Source: Elusimicrobiota bacterium (GTDB lineage: Bacteria; Elusimicrobiota; Elusimicrobia; UBA1565; UBA9628). Taken from it: DNA of 64,000 bases. The stretch's first letter is position 1, and every line of letters starts with the position of its first letter. A program made the translations under genes and the position numbers. The notes under the pieces are model-generated. The model saw nothing but the letters and a program-made list of their open reading frames with translations. It was not told where the DNA came from and ran no database searches. The stretch is from positions 29,283 through 93,282 of the forward strand of contig JACRDP010000003.1 in assembly GCA_016212855.1 (NCBI GenBank), in the 5' to 3' direction. Positions 9,636 to 18,900 of this stretch are shown one piece after another.

Positions 9636-11821
9636 TGAAGATCGCGGTTTTCGCCTCCGGAGAAGGCACCAACCTCCAGGCCCTGCTCGATGCCTGCGCC
9701 GACGGCCGCGTGCGCGGTTCGGTCGCCCTCGTCGTCTCGAACAAGGAGGACGCGGGCGCCGTGCGTCGCGCCCAACGCGTGGGCATCGAGACTCTCGTGT
9801 GCCCGCAAAACGATCATCCGACGCCCGACGAGTACAACGCCTTCCTGGCGCAGGAGTGCAAGAAGTGCGGCATCGAGCTGATCTGCCTCGCGGGCTTCAT
9901 GCTGAAGATCAAGCGGCCCCTGATCGAAGCCTACAACGGAAAGATTTTAAACGTCCATCCCGCCCTCCTGCCCGCCTTCGGCGGTCAGGGCATGTACGGC
10001 AGGAAGGTCCACGAGGCCGTGATCGCTTCGGGCGTGAAGATCAGCGGAGCGACGATCCACGTCGTGGACGAGGAGTACGACCACGGTCCGGTCGTTCTGC
10101 AGGCGCACGTGCCCGTGCTCGCGACCGACACCGCCGGGACCTTGGCCGCGCGCGTGCTCGCGCAGGAGCACTGGATCTATCCGCGCGCCGTCGCGCTGTT
10201 CGCCGAGGGACGAGCCAAGGTCGAAGGCGGCAAGGTGATCGTGAGGCCCTCGCCCCACGAGGCGTCTCCGCGGCTCAAGCGCGCCCTGATCTCGGTCTCC
10301 GACAAGACCGGGGTCGTCGAGTTCGCCAAAGGCCTGCACGAACTCGGCCTGGAGATCGTCTCCACCTCCGGAACCTACAAGGCCTTGGTGCAGGCCGGCC
10401 TGCCCGTGCGCCCGCTCGAGACCATGACCGGCTTCCCCGAGATCCTCGACGGAAGGGTCAAGACCTTGCACCCGCATGTGCACGGCGCCATTCTCCTGCG
10501 CCGCGGCGACCCCAAACAGGTCCGTGAGGCCGAGCTGTTCGGCCTGGAGCCGATCGACCTCGTCGCGGTGAACCTTTACCCGTTCAAGAAGACGGCGGCG
10601 GAGGCGAAGGACCCCTACGAACAAGCCGTCATCGAGCAGATCGACATCGGAGGAGTCGCGCTGATCCGAGCCGCGAGCAAGAATTTCGAAGACGTCGCCG
10701 TGCTGACCGCGCCGTCCGATTACGACGGCGTGCTGGCCGAGCTCAACGCGGCGCAGTGCCGCCTCTCGCTCGACACGCGCAAGCGCCTAGCGCTGACGGG
10801 CTTCCGCCACACCGCGGAGTACGACGCGATGATCTCCGGCGCCTGGTCCGGCGGCGCCGCGGGGTCGAAGGAAGCCGGGGCCTTTCCCCCGTCCCTCGAA
10901 AACCGCCTGATCAAGGTCCAGGACCTGCGCTACGGCGAGAATCCACACCAGAAAGCCGCCCTTTACGCTTCTGAAGCCGGCATGTCCTTCTCCAAAATCC
11001 ACGGCAAGGAGCTGTCGTACAACAATCTCCTCGACGCCGCCGGCACGTGGGACGCCGTCTCCGACTTCGAGGCTCCCGCTGCGGTCGTCTTCAAGCACGT
11101 GACGCCCGCCGGCATCGGCGTCGGCGACACGATCGAGCAGGCGTTTGACAAAGCCTGGGCCACCGACCCGCTGTCCGCCTTCGGCGGCGCGCTCGCCTTC
11201 AACCGCCCGGTCACGCGCGCGATCGCGGAGCTACTGTCCAAGCGCTTCGTCGAGGTGCTCGTCGCCCCGGCCTACGAGCCCGAAGCGCTCGAGATTCTGA
11301 CCAAGAAGCCTAACGTCCGCATCTTGGTGCGCACGAGCGCGCCGACGAAGGCGTTGCAACTGCGCTCGATCGGCGACGAGGTGCTCGTCACCGAGCCCGA
11401 CCGAGAGATCACCGGCTCCGATTGGAAGGTCGTCAGCAAGCGCTCGCCGACCGCGGCCGAGGAAGAGGCCCTGCGCTTCGCCTGGACCGCGGCCAAGCAC
11501 GTCAAGTCCAACGCGATCGTCCTCGCCGGCCCCGACCGCACCGTCGGCATCGGCGCGGGCCAGATGTCGCGCGTGGACTCGGTCCACATGTCGGGCGTCA
11601 AGTTCAAGCTCTGGCTGCGCGACAACGAGGGCCCCAAGGCGCTCGTGCTCGCCTCCGACGCCTTCTTCCCTTTCCGGGACGGCATCGACGCCGCCTTCAC
11701 GCTCGGCATCTCGGCGATCATCCACCCCGGCGGCTCCATCAAGGACGCCGAGGTCATCGCCGCCGCCGACGAGCACAATTTAGCGATGGTCATGACGGGC
11801 ATGAGGCACTTCCGGCATTAA
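9635..11821 (+). CDS. purH: Fusion protein: GAR formyltransferase (PurN) N-terminal module plus AICAR transformylase/IMP cyclohydrolase (PurH)
   Basis: The first ~200 aa ([17 protein letters not shown] ... [12 protein letters not shown]) look like PurN. From [21 protein letters not shown] onward the protein matches the PurH MGS-like and AICARFT domains and ends MRHFRH. There is one uninterrupted 728-codon frame. TAATG overlap with purM. Confidence 0.85.
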   Translation: MKIAVFASGEGTNLQALLDACADGRVRGSVALVVSNKEDAGAVRRAQRVGIETLVCPQNDHPTPDEYNAFLAQECKKCGIELICLAGFMLKIKRPLIEAYNGKILNVHPALLPAFGGQGMYGRKVHEAVIASGVKISGATIHVVDEEYDHGPVVLQAHVPVLATDTAGTLAARVLAQEHWIYPRAVALFAEGRAKVEGGKVIVRPSPHEASPRLKRALISVSDKTGVVEFAKGLHELGLEIVSTSGTYKALVQAGLPVRPLETMTGFPEILDGRVKTLHPHVHGAILLRRGDPKQVREAELFGLEPIDLVAVNLYPFKKTAAEAKDPYEQAVIEQIDIGGVALIRAASKNFEDVAVLTAPSDYDGVLAELNAAQCRLSLDTRKRLALTGFRHTAEYDAMISGAWSGGAAGSKEAGAFPPSLENRLIKVQDLRYGENPHQKAALYASEAGMSFSKIHGKELSYNNLLDAAGTWDAVSDFEAPAAVVFKHVTPAGIGVGDTIEQAFDKAWATDPLSAFGGALAFNRPVTRAIAELLSKRFVEVLVAPAYEPEALEILTKKPNVRILVRTSAPTKALQLRSIGDEVLVTEPDREITGSDWKVVSKRSPTAAEEEALRFAWTAAKHVKSNAIVLAGPDRTVGIGAGQMSRVDSVHMSGVKFKLWLRDNEGPKALVLASDAFFPFRDGIDAAFTLGISAIIHPGGSIKDAEVIAAADEHNLAMVMTGMRHFRH

Positions 11822-11825
11822 GAAG

Positions 11826-11903
11826 GTGTCAGGCTTTCGGTTTTAGGTTATTCCGCGCGGAACGTCCAGATAGGAATAACCTAAAACCGAAAGCCTGACA
11901 CCA
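11826..11903. repeat. Perfect 30-bp inverted repeat (hairpin) with an 18-nt loop
   Basis: 11826-11855 (ggtgtcaggctttcggttttaggttattcc) is the exact reverse complement of 11874-11903. More AT-rich than the surroundings. No U-tract follows. Confidence 0.9.
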
Positions 11904-11936
11904 TTGGCGGCCGTCATGCGATTTCTCGTCGGAGAA

Positions 11937-11945
11937 TGGTAAAAT
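11937..11945 (+). promoter_or_regulatory. Extended -10 box TGgTAAAAT upstream of carA
   Basis: TGGTAAAAT ends 9 nt before ATG 11955. No Shine-Dalgarno sequence lies between them. Confidence 0.45.
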
Positions 11946-11954
11946 GGGGCAGCG

Positions 11955-13070
11955 ATGAACGACAAGGCCTGGCTGGCTCTCGAGGACGGAACCATCTTCA
12001 CCGGGAGGGCGTGCGGCGCCGCCGGCGAAGCGGGCGGCGAGTTCGTGTTCAACACCGCGATGACCGGCTATCAAGAGATCCTAACCGACGCCTCCTACAC
12101 GGGGCAGTGCGTGGTGATGACCTACCCGCTGATCGGGAACTACGGCATCACCGCGGCCGACAATGAGTCCAGCCGGCCTCGCCTCTCCGGTTTCGTCGTG
12201 CGCGAGATGTGCAAGACGCCCTCCAACCACGAGTCGGTGGAGTCGGTCGGCGCGTACCTCAAGAAGCACGGCATCGTTGGCATCGAGGAAGTCGACACCC
12301 GGGCGCTGACGCTTCTGCTCCGCAAGAAGGGCGCGCTTCGGGGGATCATCTCCACGCTCGACGGCGACAAGAAAAGATTGATCGCCAAGGCGAAGGCCCT
12401 GCCCTCGATGGCCGGCCAAAATCTCGCCAAGGCCGTGACCTGCGAGAAGCCCTATTCCTGGGACGAGGGCTTTATCAAGGCCGATCGGCAATTACATGTC
12501 ATCGTGATGGACTTCGGCGTGAAGTACGGAATCCTGCGCTGCCTCGCGGCCATGGGCTGCAAGGTCACCGTCGTTCCGGCTTCAACGCCGGCTGATCAGA
12601 TTCTCGCGCTGCGCCCCGACGGCGTCCTCCTCTCCAACGGCCCCGGCGACCCCGAGCCGGTGACCGACGCGATCGAGGCGATCAAGCAGCTCCTGACCGA
12701 GCGCACGCCGCTGTTCGGCATCTGCCTCGGCCATCAGCTGCTCGGGTTGGCGCTCGGCGGCAAGACCTACAAGCTCAAGTTCGGCCATCACGGCTCGAAC
12801 CATCCCGTCAAAGATCTCGAGACGGGCAAGATCGAAATCACGTCCCAGAACCACGGCTTCTGCGTGGACCTGAAGACCTTGCCCTCCTCGGTCAAGACGA
12901 CCCACGTGAACCTCAACGACGGCACCTCCGAAGGCATGGCCCACGCCGAGCTTCCCGCCTTCTCGGTCCAGTATCACCCCGAAGCCTCCGCCGGCCCGCA
13001 CGACAGCCGCTATCTCTTCGAGCGCTTCAGGTCCTTGATGCTGACCGGACAGGAAGCGCGCTCGCGATGA
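11955..13070 (+). CDS. carA: Carbamoyl-phosphate synthase small (glutaminase) subunit
   Basis: GATase triad region FGICLGHQLL and a typical CarA N-domain. Confidence 0.92.
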   Translation: MNDKAWLALEDGTIFTGRACGAAGEAGGEFVFNTAMTGYQEILTDASYTGQCVVMTYPLIGNYGITAADNESSRPRLSGFVVREMCKTPSNHESVESVGAYLKKHGIVGIEEVDTRALTLLLRKKGALRGIISTLDGDKKRLIAKAKALPSMAGQNLAKAVTCEKPYSWDEGFIKADRQLHVIVMDFGVKYGILRCLAAMGCKVTVVPASTPADQILALRPDGVLLSNGPGDPEPVTDAIEAIKQLLTERTPLFGICLGHQLLGLALGGKTYKLKFGHHGSNHPVKDLETGKIEITSQNHGFCVDLKTLPSSVKTTHVNLNDGTSEGMAHAELPAFSVQYHPEASAGPHDSRYLFERFRSLMLTGQEARSR

Positions 13071-13648
13071 GCCCCCTCCTTCTATTCCTCATCTTCGGAG
13101 GCGGCCCGCTCGCCTGGTATTTCTGGCGGGAGCACAAGCTCAACACCCCCTCTTTGCAGTGGCCGTCCATGCGCACGGCCCTGGGGCTGACCTACGAGGC
13201 GAACCCGCCGCGTCTGGGCGGAGCGTGGAACGGCCGCAAGGTGGCCATCGAGTCCGGAGCGGACGGCGTGACGATCACCGCCTGGCTCAACGCGGAGACG
13301 CGGCTGCGAGTCGAGTGCGCGGCCCGAGAGCTCGTCACCAAGCGCGCCGGGATGCTCGTGCCCGACGCCGTCGAACCGGTGGAGACCGCGTTCAAGCAGA
13401 AGCTCCTCGCCCGCTGCTCCGACAAAGCGGCCGGCCCACTGGTCTTCGACGCGACGATGCAGCAGCGCCTGTCCGATCTTTCGCACGTGGATTTCGTCGG
13501 CGAGCAGTTCCGCGTCGTCTGGAAGGCGCCGGTGGTGAAGGAATTGAACGAAACGGAGGCCCTGCTCGGCGCCTTGTGCGCCGTGGCCGACGGGCTCGAA
13601 AGTTTCCCCAAAGGCGGAGGCACCCGTGCCCAAACGAAGCGACCTTAA
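13067..13648 (+). CDS. Hypothetical membrane-anchored protein inserted between carA and carB
   Basis: 193-aa ORF with an N-terminal TM helix ([17 protein letters not shown]). ATGA overlap with carA and a 23-nt overlap with the carB start. Confidence 0.45.
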   Translation: MSPLLLFLIFGGGPLAWYFWREHKLNTPSLQWPSMRTALGLTYEANPPRLGGAWNGRKVAIESGADGVTITAWLNAETRLRVECAARELVTKRAGMLVPDAVEPVETAFKQKLLARCSDKAAGPLVFDATMQQRLSDLSHVDFVGEQFRVVWKAPVVKELNETEALLGALCAVADGLESFPKGGGTRAQTKRP

Positions 13649-16600
13649 GAAGATCCTCGTCGTCGGCTCGGGCTCGATCGTCATCGGCCAGGGTTGCGAG
13701 TTCGACTACTCCGGGACGCAGGGCATCAAAGCCCTCCGCGAAGAGGGCTATGAAGTCTGCCTGATCAATTCGAACCCCGCCACGATCATGACGGATCCCG
13801 AGCTCGCCGACCGCACCTACATCGAGCCCCTCACCCCGGAGTACCTCGAGAAGGTCATCGCCGCCGAGCGTCCCCAGGCCATCTTGCCCACCTTGGGCGG
13901 CCAGACCGCCCTGAACCTCACCGTCTCCGCAGCCGAGAAGGGCATCCTCAAGAAGTACGGGGTCGAGGTCATCGGCGCGCGCCTCGAGACGATCCGCAAG
14001 GCGGAGGACCGGCAGCTGTTCAAGCAGGCCATGCAGAAGATCGGCATCGACCTGCCGCGCTCAGTCGTCGTCACCGACGAGAGCGACCTCAAGTCCGTCT
14101 CCCGCGACCTGGGCTTTCCGATCATCGTGCGCGCCTCCTTCACCCTCGGCGGCACCGGCGGCGGCATCGCCTACCACTACGACGAGCTGCGCACCCGCGT
14201 GCACGCCGCCTTCGAGATGAGCCCGGTCAAGAAGGTCCTCCTCGAAGAGTCGGTGCTCGGCTGGAAGGAGTATGAGTTAGAAGTGATGCGCGACTGCAAG
14301 GACAACTTCGTGGTCGTCTGCACCATCGAAAACCTGGATCCGATGGGCGTGCACACCGGAGACTCGATCACCGTCGCCCCCGCGCAGACGCTCTCCGACC
14401 GTCAATACCAAGAAATGCGCGAGGACGCCAAGCGCATCATCTCCGAGGTCGGCGTGGAGACCGGCGGCTGCAACATCCAGTTCGCCGTGCACCCCCAAAC
14501 CGGGCGGCGCATCTGCGTCGAGATCAACCCGCGCGTGTCGCGCTCCTCGGCGCTCGCCTCGAAGGCCACGGGCTTTCCGATCGCCAAGCTCGCCGCGAAG
14601 CTCGCGGTCGGCTACTCGCTCGACGAGCTGACCAACGACATCACGAAGGCCACGCTCGCGTGCTTCGAACCCTCCATCGACTACGTCGTCGTGAAAGCCC
14701 CGCGCTTCGCGACGGAAAAGTTCGGCGAGTTCACGCTCGACACCGCCATGAAGTCCGTCGGCGAGGCCATGGCGATCGGCCGCACGTTCAAAGAGGCCCT
14801 GCAGAAATCCCTGCGCGGCCTGGAAAGCGGCAAAAAAGGCCTGTCGGGCGCCGAGCCCATGGACCCGGAGACGCGCCTGCAGCGCGTGGCCACTCCCACC
14901 TCGAGCCGGCTGTACCACGTGAAGTCCGCCCTCGACGAGGGTTTGAGCGTCGAGCGCATCCACGAGGTCTCGAAAATCGATCCGTGGTTCCTGAACCAGC
15001 TCAAGGACATTTCCGATTGCGAGAGGACGTTGCCGACGATGCCGCTAGACGCCGAGCATCTGCTCGCCGCGAAGCGCATGGGCTTCTCCGACGCGCAAAT
15101 CGCGTCGGCCAAGGGCGTCAAAGAAGACAAGATCCGCGCAAGGCGCTGGGCCCTCAAGGTTCGCCCGTCCTACAAGCTCGTCGATACGTGCGCCGGCGAA
15201 TTCCCCTCCACGACGCCCTATTTTTATTCGACCTATGAGGCGACCGGAGATCTCATTCCTTCCAAATCCGGCAAGAAGGTCGTGATCCTCGGCTCCGGCC
15301 CCAACCGCATCGGGCAGGGCATCGAGTTCGACTACTGCTGCGTCCAGGCCTCGAAGGCCCTGCGCGCCCACGGCTGGCAGTCGGTGATGGTCAACTGCAA
15401 CCCCGAGACCGTGTCCACCGACTACGACAGCTCCGACCGGCTCTACTTCGAGCCCCTCACGCTCGAGGACACTCTCGAGATCATCGCGGTGGAAAAACCG
15501 GTCGGCGTCATCGTCCAATTCGGCGGCCAGACCCCGCTCAACCTCGCGGTCCAGCTCGAGAAGGCCGGCGTGCCGATCCTGGGAACCTTGCCCGCCGCAA
15601 TCGACATGGCCGAGGACCGGCGCCTGTTCGGCGCGGCGCTCAAGAAGCTGAAGATCCTCTCCCCCGAGTCCGGCATCGCCGGCTCCGCGGACCAGGCGCT
15701 CAAGATCGCGCGCCGCATCGGCTACCCGGTGATGGTGCGCCCGAGCTACGTGCTCGGCGGACGCATGATGGAAGTCGTCTACGACGACGCCTCCCTCGTC
15801 GACTACGTCGGCCGGGCTCTCAAAGCGGCGACGCATCCCTCCCTGCTCGTCGACCGCTTTCTCGCCGACGCGACCGAGGTGGACGTCGACGCCGTCTGCG
15901 ACGGCAAGGACGTCTGGGTCTCCGGCATCATGGAGCACATCGAAGAAGCCGGCATCCACTCCGGCGATTCGGCCTGCACCTTGCCCCCGCACTCGCTGTC
16001 GCCCGCCGTCCTGAAGACCATCCGCGAGAACACGCGCAAGCTCGCCCTGCATCTGAAGGTCCGCGGCCTGATGAACGTCCAGTATGCCGTCAAAGACGGG
16101 GCGGTGTACATCCTCGAAGCCAACCCCCGCGCCTCACGCACGGTTCCCTTCGTCAGCAAGGCCACCGGCCTGCCCGTCGCGCGCATCGCGACCTGGGTCA
16201 TGATGGGCAAGCCGCTCAAGAAGCTGCTCCCCGCCGGCGTCCTCTACGGCGAGTTCGAGCCGCCCTACACCGCGACGAAGGAAGCCGTCATGCCCTTCAT
16301 CAAGTTCCCCGGCGTTGACCCCAAGCTCGGGCCCGAAATGAAGTCCACCGGCGAGGTCATGGGCCTCGACTCCGACTTCCCCCGTTCGTTCGCGAAATCC
16401 CAAGAGGCCGCCGGGATGCTCCTGCCGACCTCCGGCTCGGTGTTCGTCAGCGTGCGCGACGAGGACAAGCCCCAGATCGTCCCCATGGCCCGTTCCCTCC
16501 GTCAGCTCGGGTTTACCTTGGTCGCCACGCGCAGCACCGCCGACTTCCTGACGCGCCACGGACTCGAGACCACGCGCGTCGCCAAGGTCGGCGAGGGCAA

Positions 16601-16856
16601 GCCCGACGTCGTCGACCTCATGCGCCAGCGGACCTTGTCGCTCGTGATCAACACCCCGTCCGGCAAGCGCTCCCGCGCCGACGGCTACGCCATCCGGCGC
16701 ACCGCTCTCGAGCTCAACATCCCCTGCATCACCAACCTGCACAGCGCGGGCGCGGCGGTGCACGCGATCGCGGTGCTCCAGGGCGCCAGCATGGGCGTCA
16801 AATCGCTGCAGGCGCACTACGAGACGCTGCCTTATAAAGTAGGTCTTAAGGCCTAA
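13626..16856 (+). CDS. carB: Carbamoyl-phosphate synthase large subunit
   Basis: 1076 aa with duplicated ATP-grasp halves ([21 protein letters not shown] and [21 protein letters not shown]) and an MGS-like C-terminus. GGAGG lies 5 nt before GTG 13626. Confidence 0.95.
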   Translation: MPKRSDLKKILVVGSGSIVIGQGCEFDYSGTQGIKALREEGYEVCLINSNPATIMTDPELADRTYIEPLTPEYLEKVIAAERPQAILPTLGGQTALNLTVSAAEKGILKKYGVEVIGARLETIRKAEDRQLFKQAMQKIGIDLPRSVVVTDESDLKSVSRDLGFPIIVRASFTLGGTGGGIAYHYDELRTRVHAAFEMSPVKKVLLEESVLGWKEYELEVMRDCKDNFVVVCTIENLDPMGVHTGDSITVAPAQTLSDRQYQEMREDAKRIISEVGVETGGCNIQFAVHPQTGRRICVEINPRVSRSSALASKATGFPIAKLAAKLAVGYSLDELTNDITKATLACFEPSIDYVVVKAPRFATEKFGEFTLDTAMKSVGEAMAIGRTFKEALQKSLRGLESGKKGLSGAEPMDPETRLQRVATPTSSRLYHVKSALDEGLSVERIHEVSKIDPWFLNQLKDISDCERTLPTMPLDAEHLLAAKRMGFSDAQIASAKGVKEDKIRARRWALKVRPSYKLVDTCAGEFPSTTPYFYSTYEATGDLIPSKSGKKVVILGSGPNRIGQGIEFDYCCVQASKALRAHGWQSVMVNCNPETVSTDYDSSDRLYFEPLTLEDTLEIIAVEKPVGVIVQFGGQTPLNLAVQLEKAGVPILGTLPAAIDMAEDRRLFGAALKKLKILSPESGIAGSADQALKIARRIGYPVMVRPSYVLGGRMMEVVYDDASLVDYVGRALKAATHPSLLVDRFLADATEVDVDAVCDGKDVWVSGIMEHIEEAGIHSGDSACTLPPHSLSPAVLKTIRENTRKLALHLKVRGLMNVQYAVKDGAVYILEANPRASRTVPFVSKATGLPVARIATWVMMGKPLKKLLPAGVLYGEFEPPYTATKEAVMPFIKFPGVDPKLGPEMKSTGEVMGLDSDFPRSFAKSQEAAGMLLPTSGSVFVSVRDEDKPQIVPMARSLRQLGFTLVATRSTADFLTRHGLETTRVAKVGEGKPDVVDLMRQRTLSLVINTPSGKRSRADGYAIRRTALELNIPCITNLHSAGAAVHAIAVLQGASMGVKSLQAHYETLPYKVGLKA

Positions 16857-16902
16857 CCCGAGCTGGGCCCGTAGACCCGCACGTCGTCGGGCGTTCCCAC
16901 TA

Positions 16903-16908
16903 TATAAT
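16903..16908 (+). promoter_or_regulatory. Sigma-70-type -10 box TATAAT, 6 nt before ATG 16915 (leaderless geometry)
   Basis: The sequence reads cactaTATAATgaagctATG. Confidence 0.5.
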
Positions 16909-16914
16909 GAAGCT

Positions 16915-17829
16915 ATGGCGCTTTTCGCGGCACTCGCCCTCTTCCTAGCGGCCCCGGCCCTCGCTTACGACGCCGCGCCCGCCGCCCCCGCCCCGCAGGA
17001 ATTCGTCGATCCTGGAACTTTGAAGGCCCGCGCCGACGCGCTGCGCGACGCCGTCGCCGATCCCTCGGTCTCCGATATCTCGGTGAAAACCCGCTCGGCC
17101 GGCTTCTTCGACAAGCTCCCGGAGCAGACCCTCGTCGTCCCCGTCCGCGTCCGCCTGATGGACCGCGAGCCCGTCGCCGGCAAGCTCGGCACGGTCGAGG
17201 GCATGCAGGCCGAGGCCGACCGCCGCATCGAGAAATGGAAGCGCGAGCACGTCGAGCCGCCGCCCCCCGAGCTCGACGGCGCCGTCGACGAAGCCCGCGC
17301 CCTGAAGAACTCCAAGCGCCTCGACTACGACGACAAGGATGAACTCAAAGAGAACCAACTGGGCATCTACAAGTACGTGGTCAACTCCGTCGAAGGCGGC
17401 TACGTCAAGCTCAACGAGCGCCTGAAGATTTTGACGGCCGTGGTCGGCGAGTGCTTCACCTACGCGACCGTCGCGCACGAGGCCCGGCACTCCCGCGACC
17501 GCGCGCTGGGCAAGCTCTCCCCCGAGAAGGAGATCGCCGGTGAGATCAGCGCCTATCGCACTCAATACCAGTGGCTCAAGCTCATGGATCCGACAGGCGA
17601 GCGCATGCTGACCTTGCACGGCTCCTTGCGCGTGCAGCGCGACCGCGCCACGGACCCGAAGCTCAAGAATCTGCTGAATCAGGGCGTGGTCTACCTCGAG
17701 CATCTCTCCGACGTCGTCGAGACTAACGGGAAGGAAGAGGAACTCAAGAAGCTGGTGGAACGGCTGGGCTACTCCGACCATCACGACCACGAGCACGGCC
17801 GCGGCGCGAACTCTCCGACCGGCGCCTAG
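16915..17829 (+). CDS. Secreted hypothetical protein with an HEXXH motif
   Basis: Signal-like N-terminus MALFAALALFLAAPALA, HEARH at aa ~188 and a His-rich C-terminus (HHDHEHG). The metalloprotease assignment is speculative. Confidence 0.45.
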   Translation: MALFAALALFLAAPALAYDAAPAAPAPQEFVDPGTLKARADALRDAVADPSVSDISVKTRSAGFFDKLPEQTLVVPVRVRLMDREPVAGKLGTVEGMQAEADRRIEKWKREHVEPPPPELDGAVDEARALKNSKRLDYDDKDELKENQLGIYKYVVNSVEGGYVKLNERLKILTAVVGECFTYATVAHEARHSRDRALGKLSPEKEIAGEISAYRTQYQWLKLMDPTGERMLTLHGSLRVQRDRATDPKLKNLLNQGVVYLEHLSDVVETNGKEEELKKLVERLGYSDHHDHEHGRGANSPTGA

Positions 17830-17885
17830 GCCGGGCGCGAGACGCCCGGCACAGATGCGGCTTCGGAAATCCTTATAGCATCTAG
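17829..17885 (+). repeat. REP-like terminator element, copy A (GC hairpin plus AGATG...CATCT hairpin)
   Basis: The 29-mer ggccgggcgcgagacgcccggcacagatg is identical to the minus strand of 62055-62083. An 8-bp GC stem (17830-17837 / 17843-17850) is followed by a second stem, agatg/catct. It fills the gap between two convergent genes. Confidence 0.7.
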
Positions 17886-18466
17886 CTCTTCTTTTTCTTC
17901 TTCGAAGACCCGCCGCCCTTGCCGCCGAGCATAAGCGCGGCCCAAGGCCAGGACAGCAAGCCGCCGAGCGCCATCCCCGCGAGCACGTCGAACGGGTAGT
18001 GCACGCCGCAATATACGCGGCTGTACGCGACGAGCCCGGCGACGGTCCAGAACGCGAAGCCGGCCGCGGGGTACGCGACGCTCAGGACCGCGGCCGCGGC
18101 AGCCGTGTTCGTCGCGTGGTTGGACGGGAATCCGTAGGTGCCGCCAGATTGTCCGCGCACGATCGCTCCGATGCCCGCGTACTGCGGGCGCGGGCGCGCG
18201 GCCCAGGGCTTGATGACGCGGGCCGCGAGCAGGTCGCAGACGCCGATCGCGATCGCCGCGACGACGAGTACGCGCAGGGCCTGCTTGCGTCCTTTATAGA
18301 GCCACAGCGCGACTGCCGCGGGCGCGACACCGTAGCGGAACCACGGCGCGCGGTTGAGGTCGGTGAGCCCCGACATCAGCAGGTCGAGCGTCGGATGGGT
18401 CCACGTCCCGTTGATCAGGCCGAAGGCGACGCGGTCGAGGGAGCCGAAGCCCCAGGGAACGCTCAC
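17882..18466 (-). CDS. PAP2-family phosphatase (undecaprenyl-diphosphatase-like)
   Basis: The three PAP2 motifs are KPWAARPRP, FPSNH and SRVYCGVHYPFDV. Multi-TM protein. Confidence 0.8.
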   Translation of the reverse strand: MSVPWGFGSLDRVAFGLINGTWTHPTLDLLMSGLTDLNRAPWFRYGVAPAAVALWLYKGRKQALRVLVVAAIAIGVCDLLAARVIKPWAARPRPQYAGIGAIVRGQSGGTYGFPSNHATNTAAAAAVLSVAYPAAGFAFWTVAGLVAYSRVYCGVHYPFDVLAGMALGGLLSWPWAALMLGGKGGGSSKKKKKS

Positions 18467-18840
18467 TTACGAGCGCAGGCGGCGCAGACGCCGTGAACGA
18501 GCACCTCGTGCGAGCTGACCTTAAAGCCGCGCGGCAACGCGTTCTTGAGGTCGGGGAGGCAGGCTCCGCCGAGCTCATAGACCTTCTCGCAGCGGTCGCA
18601 GCGGAAGTGATGGTGGTGGTCCTTCCCGGCCGCCTCGTAGCGCGGCGGCTCGCCGGGAAGCTGGACCTCGGAGATCTCCTTCGCTTTGAGCAGGGCCTTT
18701 ATATTGCGGTACACCGTGGCGATCCCCAAGCCGGGGGCGTCGGCCTGCGAGGCCTCGAGGACCTCGAGGGCGCCGAGGGGGCGCCCCGCGGCTTCGAGAG
18801 CGCGGCGGATCGCCCGCCGCTGGGAGGTGTCGCGCTGCAT
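18463..18840 (-). CDS. zur: Fur-family metalloregulator, probably Zur
   Basis: Winged-helix region (ATVYRNIKAL), HHHHFRCDRC and a C-terminal CAAC cysteine pair. Divergent from a ZnuAB locus, with a palindromic operator between them. Confidence 0.75.
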   Translation of the reverse strand: MQRDTSQRRAIRRALEAAGRPLGALEVLEASQADAPGLGIATVYRNIKALLKAKEISEVQLPGEPPRYEAAGKDHHHHFRCDRCEKVYELGGACLPDLKNALPRGFKVSSHEVLVHGVCAACARK

Positions 18841-18846
18841 AAGACG

Positions 18847-18855
18847 ATGATAGCA
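18847..18855 (-). promoter_or_regulatory. Extended -10 box TGcTATCAT, 6 nt before the zur ATG (leaderless geometry)
   Basis: The minus strand reads tTGcTATCATcgtcttATG. Confidence 0.45.
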
Positions 18856-18864
18856 AAATCAGAC

Positions 18865-18893
18865 TTGACCTATTTTTGATAACGTGTTATCAT
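18865..18893 (+). promoter_or_regulatory. Sigma-70-type promoter TTGACC-N17-TATCAT for the OMP-znuAB-ZIP operon
   Basis: TTGACC at 18865-18870 and TATCAT at 18888-18893, with ATG 18901 following 7 nt later. The promoter overlaps the palindromic operator. Confidence 0.6.
18877..18892. promoter_or_regulatory. Fur/Zur-type operator, perfect 7-2-7 palindrome TGATAAC-GT-GTTATCA
   Basis: Exact inverted repeat overlapping the -10 box between zur and the zinc uptake operon. Confidence 0.7.
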
Positions 18894-18900
18894 TATCAGG

